DNA from: Azolla caroliniana
Taxonomy: Eukaryota; Plantae; Polypodiophyta
Direction of reading: 5' to 3'
Assembly (NCBI GenBank): GCA_043228905.1
Contig: JBHGNT010001137.1
Location: forward strand, 1-11,683
Length of the DNA: 11,683 nt
Below, piece by piece: positions 1-7,945 of this stretch (position 1 is its first letter; each line of letters opens with the position of its first letter). A program made the position numbers and the translations under genes. Under the pieces are notes generated by a model. It was not told the DNA's origin. It saw nothing but the letters and a program-made list of their open reading frames with translations, and did no database searches.

Positions 1-970
1 CAGTTGCCACATAAGTAGAAACCAAAGGGTGGTCAATTTCACCACTAAAGATTTTGTCAAATTCGACGCCATATTCCTGTCAGAAGCCCGAATCAAACAT
101 CTCTTTTAATCGAAATACCCATTTGCATAGAAGAGCATGTTGATTCTTCGACAATTTGACTAAGTCCCATGTCTGCTTGTGCCGAATGGAGTTCATTTCA
201 AACTCCATTACCAAGTGCCAATTGTCCGAGTTGACACATGTTGGCGTTTCTTCGTACATCGTTGGCTCACTGGTGTCTGTGAAGAAGAGACTAGGAGAGT
301 ATCTCTGGTGGCAGAGACATTCATTCAGATCTTCGTGGTATGACAGAGCTTACGGGTTTGGATACGGTTGTACTAGGTACATCCATATTTCAGGTAGTCG
401 GATGCGTTGAAGTCAACTGAGCTGAAGTTTCGACTCTCCCCCTTAGTATTGTTCTCAGTTGAATCGGGAATTGGAGGTTCAACTACCCATGGAGCCGACC
501 TTGTATATTGAGTTGGGCCATCAAGAAGAGTCGAAATGTCCGAAAAAGTAACCCTTCTAACTTCAATCGGCCTTTTGGCTAGCTTGTGCATCTCCGACTC
601 GTTGAAAAAGACGTCTGAACTTTCAATTGGATGACTTGTCTGTTTTTCAGATCCCAAAGTCGGTAGCCAAAATTATTGTTAGGTCCATAGCTAAGGAAAA
701 TGCATTTTCGTGACCTCAACTCGAGTTTTCGGCGTTCATCCTTTGGCACAAGTGCGAATGCTTCACAATAAAAAATCCGCAGCTTTCTATAATCAGGTCG
801 TTTGCCGGTCCAAAGCTCTTGCGGAATTTGAAGTCCGAGAGGCCTACTCGATGACATGTTGATGATGTGCACTACAATTAGTAGAGCCTCTGCCCATAAA
901 CCATAAAATAGTCATGCATGTTGCAACATGGCGACAATCCATTCATGAATTGTCTAATTCATTCTTTCCA
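1..970 (-). mobile_element. Degenerate Ty1/copia element A: integrase C-terminal half through RT N-terminus; continues off the left edge
   Basis: Minus-strand translation: ERMN*TIHEWIVAMLQHA*LFYGLWAEALL (integrase core), LWTGKRPDYRKLRIF..KCIFLSYG..FGYRLWD (ORF 579-872, copia IN C-terminus), then EPTMYEE..W..ME.EMNSI..QTWDLVKL..CKWVFRLK..GF*QEYGVEFDKIF (RT start). INT-before-RT order is diagnostic of copia. Stops, frameshifts and deletions are present. Confidence 0.9.
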
Positions 971-994
971 TCCGGAGGGACCCGCTTCCCAACA
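971..994 (-). repeat. Truncated 3' LTR (about 24 bp) of copia element B
   Basis: TGTTGGGAAGCGGGTCCCTCCGGA follows the PPT, then switches abruptly to element A integrase. Resembles the start of the LTR at 7441 (TGTTAGGAATATGTCCCTCC). Confidence 0.7.
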
Positions 995-996
995 AA

Positions 997-1010
997 CTCC
1001 CCCTTCACTT
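997..1010 (-). other. Polypurine tract of copia element B
   Basis: Minus strand AAGTGAAGGGGGAG overlaps the pol stop and is followed by TT and then TGTTGGG (LTR start at 994). Confidence 0.85.
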
Positions 1011-2393
1011 CGGTATGGGGTACGTATCCAATCTGACTCTTTGTCATCACGAATTTAGCTTCTTGGCTGACAGCACCTTCGTCAACATGTCTGACCCGTT
1101 GTCGTTCATGTGGATCTTTACCGGTTGTCGTTCATGTCAAAAGGTGGATGACACTCTGGTTATTGCAATGGAGTCGGAATTCCTCTTCCCGAATTCCAAA
1201 CTCTCCGATGAACTCCCTCATCCAAATTACTTCTTTGCTAGCTTCCATTGTGGTCATGTACTCGGCTTCCGTGGTCAACAGTGCCACGACCTTCTACATC
1301 CTCGATTGCCACGAGATAACTGCCCCTGCATAAGTCATCACATATCCGGACGTGGATCGGTTGGTGTCCACATTAGTCGACATTTCTGAATCCATATAAC
1401 CTTCCAATGTGGGGTTACCCGAGCCGAATCAGAGGCACACTCTCAAGGTGCCTCTCAGGTACCGAAGTATCCACTACACTGTAGCCCAATGCTCTCTTCC
1501 GGGATTGCTCATATATCGGATGACCACGCCGACTGCATATCCAATGTCCAACCTTGTCCACACCATTGCATACATTAGGCTTCCGATTGCCGAGGCATAA
1601 GGGACTTTTGACATCTCAGCCTTCTCGGTTTTCAATTTCGGACATAGTCCTTTGCTTAGCTTTCAGTTTCACGCTTTCCATGCCGAATCTCTAGAGCACT
1701 TTTGTCACGTACTTCTCTTGTGACAACCATAACAATTTCTTTGTTCGATCCCGAACAATGTGCATTCCTAGGATTTGTTTTGCCGGATCCATGTCTTTCA
1801 TCGAGAACGACCTACTCAAGGCCTTCTTCAAGCTTCTAATTTTCTTCGAGTCTCGTCCGACAATCAGCATATCATCAACGTACAATAGGAGGATGAGAAA
1901 ATCTCACGAATCCTTCTGGCCGGTACATATATATCTCTTCCTCCAAATCTCCATGAAGGAAGGCAATCTTGACGTCCAGTTGTTCGACTTCGAGACCCAT
2001 GTTGGGCGTTGTCGTGATGTTTTCAACACATAGTGTGAAACCACCCTTAAAAGAGAATAAAATAGTAGTCCAAATAAACTAATGTTGTTAAGTCAACTAT
2101 AGTAATAAATGAAAGGATAAAAAGTTAGAAGCGGTTTTCAAAAGTAGACCAAAGTAAAGAAAAAGATGGGGAGAAAAAAAGAAGAAGCACAATAGAGAAA
2201 AAAGCTCGTAATTTCCTCGTCAGATGTCCAAATTAGAAAAGTAAAGATGCATAAGAAAGCTAACCCAAAGAGCTTTCCAATAATATATTGCATGTGAATT
2301 TTGGGGCTAGAAAACAGAAATAGTGAGGAAAAGAAAAGTAGACTCATATAGACAACCTTTTTTTTAGGGGAAAAAAGCAAGCAATCCTAAAGC

Positions 2394-2401
2394 TATAAAT
2401 A
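2394..2401 (+). promoter_or_regulatory. TATA box of the first LTR-like module
   Basis: CTATAAATA after an A-rich U3-like stretch, about 385 bp from the element start. Confidence 0.5.
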
Positions 2402-2699
2402 AGAGCCTATTCTAGTGAAGAAGGGGGGGAGGGAGAAGGAATGCGGAAGCTCTACTCAAGTGGAAAGCGGAAGAAGAAGGATCAACAACATCGAGAGGCA
2501 TCATCAACAAAGAAACTCCTTCTATACTCCACTCTCTTCTTTCCTCCACCTCTCTTTCCCCATTCATTTATAAACAATCCTTCATATTCGCATCCAACCC
2601 ATTGTAACATGATTCTTATATTATAAAAGAATCTATTATATTGATATAAACTAATGTTTTCTTTCATCTACTTGTCTTACGTGTAAATCTTGATTGTGC

Positions 2700-3135
2700 T
2701 TATTTGTTATTGTCATTTGTGCTTATTTATTGTGTCTCTTGTGACAAGGGAGCATTTCGGGCTTGCCCATGCACCTCTCCTTTCACAAAGGCATTCAAAC
2801 CTACGTGTCTTATATGTTATCATCGTTTGTGCTTATTTGTTTGTGTGTCTTGTGACAAGGGAGCGTTTCGGGCTTGCCCATGCACCTCTCCTTTCACAAA
2901 GGCATTCAAACCTACGTGTCTTATATGTTATCGTCGTTTGTGCTTATTTTTGTGTGTGTCTTGTGACAAGGGAGTGTTTCGGGCTTGCCCATGCACCTCT
3001 CCTTTCACAACGGAGTTCAAAATCATGTCTTGCGTGTTAGTGTAAATTTTCCTTGTGTGTTCGTGCGACTTGTGGCAAGGGAGCGTTCGGGCTTGCCCAT
3101 GCACCTCTCCTTTCACAAAGGTGTTCGAAATTGTG
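2700..3135. repeat. Tandem repeat, about 111-bp period, about 4 copies, with a 50-nt hairpin-forming core
   Basis: Core TTGTGACAAGGGAGC..TTCGGGCTTGCCCATGCACCTCTCCTTTCACAA starts at 2739, 2850, 2961 and 3070 (spacing 111, 111, 109). Confidence 0.95.
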
Positions 3136-3165
3136 TCTCCCATTTTGTCTTTTAGGGGTGTACCA

Positions 3166-3428
3166 CTAGGGTTTCATCTTCTTCTCTTATTCTTCTAGGG
3201 TCAAGGTTTGGTAGCCTCCCTTTCTCTTTCATCTTTTCCTTCTAGGGTTAGGGTTTGCGAGCTTCTTCTTTCTCCTCTTATTCTAGGGTTTCATCTTCTT
3301 CTCCTCTTCTTCTAGGGTTAGGGTTTGGTAGCCTCCCTTTCTCTTTCATCTTTTCCTTCTAGGGTTAGGGTTTGAGGGCTTCTTCTTTTCTCCTCAACAT
3401 ACTAGAGGACTTAGGTTTTTAGGGTTTA
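3166..3428. repeat. Telomere-motif (TAGGGTT)/CT-rich higher-order repeat, 2 x 117 bp
   Basis: CTAGGGTTTCATCTTCTTCTC at 3166 and 3283. Each 117-bp unit has three sub-units beginning CTAGGGT. About 10 TAGGGT motifs in total. Confidence 0.9.
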
Positions 3429-3521
3429 TGAGTTTAGATTCTATTCTACTTCTTACTCAAGAGAGTTTAGGGCTTGGATTCCTACCACAATGGCTTCTTT
3501 GGCATCTTGGTGGCTGGTTGC

Positions 3522-3531
3522 GGAAGGGAGG
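3522..3531 (+). other. Putative internal polypurine tract
   Basis: GGAAGGGAGG, then T, then TGTAGTGG, which resembles the LTR starts TGTCGTGA/TGTCGTGG. Preceded by the same motif block as the PPT at 4040-4050. Confidence 0.55.
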
Positions 3532-3532
3532 T

Positions 3533-3856
3533 TGTAGTGGCACGAGGGCTACTCCGAATCGAGGCAACATAGCCATCAAAAGTAGTCGAGCTCCGAGCCC
3601 ATTAGACTCGCCTTCGCTAGATTATTTTAGCCTTTGGTTGATTTATAACTGATTATTGTAATAACCACTGAAATTCTGGTGTCAAGCCTAACAATTGTAA
3701 AAAAATTAAAAACAAAAACCCTAACCTATATAAACAATTATGTATATTTCTCCATGTCTTTGTCTTAATCTCCCACTTCCTCAATACTTTTGTCGCCCCG
3801 ATCCAAGGCCCCGACAATCCCGTTCAAGTGACACACGCATGCGAAACTTTGCGACA
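3533..3856 (+). repeat. LTR-like module b (324 bp); the right end is the LTR/PBS junction
   Basis: TGTAGTGG...TTTGCGACA; telo-box AAACCCTAA (3716-3724) and TATATAAA (3727-3734). Last ~65 bp are homologous to the end of 4051-4543. The right end is well supported, the left end less so. Confidence 0.65.
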
Positions 3857-3857
3857 T

Positions 3858-3875
3858 TGGTGAACCCAACGTGAA
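3858..3875 (+). other. Primer-binding site complementary to the tRNA-Trp 3' end
   Basis: TGGTGAACCCAACGTGAA, one nt after the LTR-type end GCGACA. 17/18 match to the reverse complement of the plant cytosolic tRNA-Trp 3' end as recalled (TGGTGAACCCGACGTGAA); the mismatch is a CpG>CpA change. Confidence 0.85.
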
Positions 3876-4039
3876 AGACCGGTAGGGGAGGACAAAGACG
3901 GATGGCGAAGAGATTACGTTGAAGTTTATGGTTGATTTTGTGTGGGCAAGGCGCAATGAAGGAAAGAAAACAAAGGTTGACAACCTTTGGTCTCACCACA
4001 TCACTTTTCTCTGGCACATGCTACAGGATGTGCGGTTTT

Positions 4040-4050
4040 GTGGGGGTGGA
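4040..4050 (+). other. Polypurine tract preceding the terminal LTR
   Basis: TTTT-GTGGGGGTGGA directly followed by TGTCGTGG. Confidence 0.75.
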
Positions 4051-4543
4051 TGTCGTGGTGTGGTGTGTGCAATGTGAGAAAAATCGAGATTCCATGCACA
4101 TCTCATGAATTAATGTATAAATAATAATAATAATAATAATAAGTAACTTGTAGTAGCGTAGTGGTTAAGACTTGTAAGTATATGTAGAGAGGTGTAGAGT
4201 TTAAATCTCTCTTCTTACATTCCATTTTTGCGATAAAGGAAATAAATAAATAAATAAAGCATATAATGTTAAAATAAGCTCCTCTTTCCTCTATAAGAGA
4301 GGAGGGATAGGGCTTATTGGGGGTCAATTTGGAGATCATAATCATCATCATCAATAATAAGAATATAATACTCTTCTTATTCTTCTTCTTGACATCTATC
4401 TTCTTCTCAAGTGTGACATTAGTTTCCTCGACTCCTACATACACATCGTCCTCTTTTCGACAATTTCGTGAACGTCCTCCCCGGTCTGAGACCCCGGTGG
4501 TCCTGCTCAAGTGAAGCACGCACGCACACGCATCTTCGCGACA
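4051..4543 (+). repeat. Terminal (3') LTR of the nested element, 493 bp
   Basis: TGTCGTGG...TCGCGACA, PPT immediately upstream, TATAAG at 4292-4297 within CCTCT..AGAGG inverted flanks, (AAT)7 at 4120-4140, TSD copy immediately downstream. Confidence 0.8.
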
Positions 4544-6725
4544 GCGCGATGCTCAGCACTGTTCGGATTGATGTCATCTTTACGACCAAGGCAAATATTT
4601 CGTTGAAATTGACACCCTTCTTTTGTTGGAAACCTTTCACGACAATTCATGCTTTGTATTTGGGTGGATTTCCGCCATCTCCCAGCTTTAGTTTGTATAC
4701 CTACTTATTCCGTAGTGCCTTCTTCCCTTTCAACAACTTGGTCAATTCGTATGTGTGGTTCTCATGCAATGAATCCATCTCCTCGTGCATGAAACTTACC
4801 CACTTTCGGTTGTGGGTATCATGTTTAGCTTCTTCAAAGCTTTTTGGCTAGTTAGCAGTACACGCTCTTCATCCGGAAATCTTCGGGGAGGCCTTCCCTC
4901 TCGCAGGGGATATCTTCGGCCTCCATTCGGCACGCCCAGTTCTTCTTAAACTTCTTCGACTTCTTCGTCCAAGTCGAATTCGGTTCCTTGTTTGGCTGGT
5001 TCCCCTAGTTCTTCAGTCAGTTCTCAATTTTGCCGAGTATTAAATCGGCCGAGTGGCTCGGATTCGATTTCGATCAAATCGACTTCTACTCGATTCGGTA
5101 GTTGGAGACTTGTTCTCAATCTCCCAATCGACAATAGTCTTCTCTTCCACGAAGACGATGTCTTGGCTCCTAATCACCTTCTTCTCGGTTAAGTCTCATA
5201 GCCTATAGCCGAATTCATCATTGTCGTAGTTGAGAAATATGCATGGCCGAGATTTCGGATCCAACTTCTCCCTCTGATCCTTTGCAACGTGTACATAGGC
5301 AAGACAACCAAACACCCTTAAATATCGATATGAGATGTCTTTACCGCTCCACACCCTTTGTGGAATATCACTGTCCAATGGTACTAAGGGTGATCGATTG
5401 ACCACATACGGTGTCGTCATTAGTGCCTAAGCCTATAACGTCTTCGATAACTTTGCATGTGCAAGCATACTTTGAACCCTCACCATTATGGTCCGGTTCA
5501 TTCTCTCGGTCAGCCCGTTAAGTTCTTTTGTCTTCGACGCACTATACTAGAGCCGGATTCCCTGTGCTCAGCAATATTCTTCAAATGGTCCACGGTACTC
5601 TCCGCCATTGTCCGCTCAGACTACCTTCAATTTTTGGTTGGTTTCCCTCTCGGCCCTCGCTTGGAACTCTTTGAAGACAAATAATACTTGATCCTTCGTC
5701 TTCAACACGGAATCCCACAACTTTCGGCTATAGTCGTCTATGAAGGTCATGAAATATTGTGATCCAACATGAAACTTTGTGTCCACGTAGCATACGTTTG
5801 TATGCACAAGTTCCAACAACATTTTCTTTCTCATTGGGGGCCTCGATCGAAACGAGGTTCGGTTTTGTTTGCTGGCTAGGCAATCAACACACTTATCCAA
5901 ATGCACTTTCTTCATCTCCGACATGAGGTCTTTCCTAGCTAGCATCCTGCATTCCCTTTTGGCTCATGTGGCATAGCCTCTTATGCCACAACTCACCGGC
6001 TATGGCGGCTGCCACGTTTACCTCATTTCGGCATAAACGAGCATTCATTATATACAATGTGTTGGTTTTTCGGGCCCGAGTCACGATCATGCTCCCTTTG
6101 CAGAACTTCATGACGCCATTCCGGATGCTACCCATGCAGCCTTCATCATCCAACCGACCAACTGATATCAAGTTCAGTCGAACTTCCGGAACGTGCCGAA
6201 CATCTCTCAACACTAGTTTGCATCTGGTCTATGTCATCAGACAAACATCTCCAATGCCGATGATTCAACATGCACCTTCATTCCCCATTTTTACAAGACC
6301 GTGGACTCTAGCCTTGTATGATGAGAAGCACTTTCGGTCGGGGGTTAGATGAAACGATGCACGCGAATTGACCACCCACGTCGATTCTTCGTCAACAAGA
6401 TTGACCTCATTTTGATCACTAATGAACAACAACTCCTCTTCAGTCGCGATGATGGTTGAGGTGTTCTTTCTGTATGGTATTTTCTTCGGCTCCACCATCA
6501 GCTCCCCCTTTCTCCTTTCGAAAGTGTCGGCAATTCTTTTGGAAGTGCCCCGACTTCCCACAATAGAAGCACGTGGGCCTTCCCCTCGACTTCGACCTTG
6601 TCCCCGACTTATCTTGATTCTGGGGACTTCAATTTCGGCCTCTTCCTTGATTCGTGTCACTTTTCGTGACGAGGGCCTTCAGGTTGGCAGTGGACTCTCG
6701 GTCCTTTCAATAAGCTTCGTCAATA
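4544..6725 (-). mobile_element. Degenerate Ty1/copia element B, 5' part: Gag C-terminus, protease, integrase, RT N-terminus (Tnt1/Tork-like); 5'-truncated
   Basis: Zinc knuckle CFYCGKSGHFQKNC (6530-6571), decayed protease WVVNSRASFHLT (DSG motif), LWHKRLCHMS..CVDC, integrase LVHTNVC..FIDDYSRKLW..ADNGGEY, IN C-terminus PCIFLNY..FGYRL, RT KGFQQKKGVNFNEIFALVVKMTSIRTVLSIA. Many stops and frameshifts. Confidence 0.93.
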
Positions 6726-6735
6726 GTTGGTTTGA

Positions 6736-6813
6736 GTCGGGTTATTGCCCTTAGTTGGTCGGGGTATTGCCCTAAGTCAGTTGGGCTACTACCTTTAGTT
6801 GGTTGGGCTATTG
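6736..6813. repeat. Degenerate 22-bp minisatellite, about 3.5 copies
   Basis: GTYGGG.TAYTRCCYT.AGT units start at 6736, 6758, 6780 and 6802; a related GTCGGGCTAC lies at 6846. Confidence 0.75.
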
Positions 6814-6856
6814 TAGTGAGAGACTCAATAAGGTTACGGAAATAAGTCGGGCTACC

Positions 6857-7441
6857 TGTTGGGTTGGGGATCGTCTTTTAGTGAGAAAGATATGCAAAAA
6901 TGCACAACTCGGAATAGAAAACAACAGCTAGACAAAATATGCACAACACACTGGTTTTATGTGGGAACCCTAAACAGGAAAACCACGGGAACAGAGATCC
7001 ACTATACAACAGAGAATACAAGAAAACAATTACAACTCTCTCTGAAACTTAGAGGATAACCATAAAGGGTTCTTGGCGAGTTCACCGAACTCTGCCGCCG
7101 CTCTCACTCTCACTCTAACACTCTCTACGAAGCACTTCGTTGTGTTCTACACTTTCTATTCTACACATCATAATGTTTGCCCCAGGTGTATTTATTCTCA
7201 TACACAATATGGGCTATTTACAAATATGACAGTTATTATTATTATTATCTAAGAATAATAATCGTTAATTTGTCGATTGATTGACTAGTCGATTTGACTA
7301 GCCGACTTCCAGTCAGCCTTGTCGTCGACCATCCGGTAGGCCTGACTAGTCGGTCTTGTCCTCGACCCGGATCATCTACTGTCGACTCTTTCATGTCTTC
7401 GACTTGTCAGCTCCTCCCACAGGAGGGACATATTCCTAACA
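6857..7441 (-). mobile_element. Copia-type solo LTR, 585 bp
   Basis: TGTTGGG...CCTAACA termini; flanks CTACC (6852-6856) and CTATC (7442-7446) form a 5-bp TSD with one transition. No PBS or PPT adjacent. Orientation from similarity of the 7441 end to the PPT-adjacent LTR stub at 994 and a TATA-like AATAAATA on the minus strand (7189-7196). Confidence 0.8.
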
Positions 7442-7807
7442 CTATCGGAGGTGTATTTTATAATGATGCACTTTTTTAGATAAAGATATGGCAGTGCAAA
7501 TCCCTCAGAAACGTACACTTCACCGTCCATGGCCGTGATTCCATCGCTAAGCCTCTTTATGACTTTGATGATAGATAGCAAATAGACACGAGGCATGCAT
7601 TTACATACATACTATGCATAAATATTTACATATTTACATATATGTACAATACATATACGATATAGGTACCGGTAGGTAGGTCATACACATTATTATTATC
7701 CCCGAGAGGGAGGAGGAAGCAGGAAGGAGAGAGGAGCGAACATACTACATACATAGTACATACTACCGTATCACTATGTATACATAACAAATGTATTGTA
7801 CACATTG

Positions 7808-7833
7808 ACATACATACATACATACATACATCA

Positions 7834-7864
<31 letters not shown>

Positions 7865-7945
7865 TAGGGTTTTAGACAGACAGACAGACAGACACGTTAG
7901 AAAGCAGTGAGGCAGAGCGAGAGAGCGAGAGAAAGAGAGAGAGGG
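7808..7945. repeat. Compound microsatellite upstream of the ATG: (ACAT)6, (CAGGCT)5, (AGAC)5, GA-rich tract
   Basis: Read directly at 7808-7831, 7835-7864, 7874-7893 and about 7914-7945. Confidence 0.9.
7864..7872 (-). promoter_or_regulatory. Telo-box (AAACCCTAA)
   Basis: TTAGGGTTT about 80 bp upstream of the ATG. Telo-boxes are typical of plant ribosome-biogenesis and translation genes. Confidence 0.65.

Larger units (their letters stand above)
971..2009 (-). mobile_element. Degenerate Ty1/copia element B, 3' part: RT C-terminal half, RNase H, PPT and 3' LTR stub
   Basis: Minus strand reads NMGLEVEQLDVKIAFLHGDLEEEIYM, LLLYVDDML (YVDD at 1871-1882), PYASAIGSLMYAMV and RNase H RSTSGY..SWQS..TTEAEY..DNGSDMLTK. 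Internal deletions near 1904, 1663 and 1140. Confidence 0.93.
2010..4543 (+). mobile_element. Non-coding, non-autonomous LTR-type insertion (TRIM/LARD-like composite, probably gypsy-mobilised) nested in the copia B RT
   Basis: Ends TGTCGTGA...TCGCGACA (7/8 inverted match). Flanks GCGT (2006-2009) and GCGC (4544-4547). Removing it plus one 4-bp copy restores the in-frame RT (VLSIA-P-NMGLEVEQLDVK). Contains a PBS and PPTs but no recognisable retroelement ORF. Confidence 0.85.

Noticed and set aside
2850-2900. Hammerhead ribozyme/retrozyme (minus strand GGGC-AA-GCCC-GAAAC...GTC, and the 4-bp TSD)
   Set aside because: The required CUGANGA box is absent before the stem and stem III is poor. A CTGACGA on the minus strand at 2217-2223 has no stem II before GAAA.
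2690-3045. ORFs with 37-aa repeats as proteins
   Set aside because: By-products of a 111-bp repeat (a multiple of 3), open in two frames, with non-ATG starts.
2739-3120. CRISPR-like array (palindromic repeats with spacers)
   Set aside because: Eukaryotic context, no cas genes, and two linkers are near-identical rather than unique spacers.
3677-3688. TGGTGTCAAGCC as a tRNA-Met PBS
   Set aside because: Needs a mismatch and a gap, and is not preceded by a CA LTR end.
3482-4000. CTACCACA (3489) and TCACCACA (4000) as LTR right ends
   Set aside because: No convincing PBS follows either; the end at 3856 has a Trp PBS and U5 homology.
4470-4543. Cassandra-type 5S rRNA segment in the LTR
   Set aside because: Only GCGTGCTT on the minus strand resembles 5S; no A/C box context.
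156-6754. Plus-strand ORFs over the copia regions (e.g. 1015-1389, 4468-4851, 5966-6352)
   Set aside because: Antisense shadows of minus-strand pol with no recognisable motifs.
6857-7441. This LTR as the 5' LTR of copia B
   Set aside because: It has its own 5-bp TSD, no PBS follows, and it differs from B's 3' stub. Disfavoured but not fully excluded.
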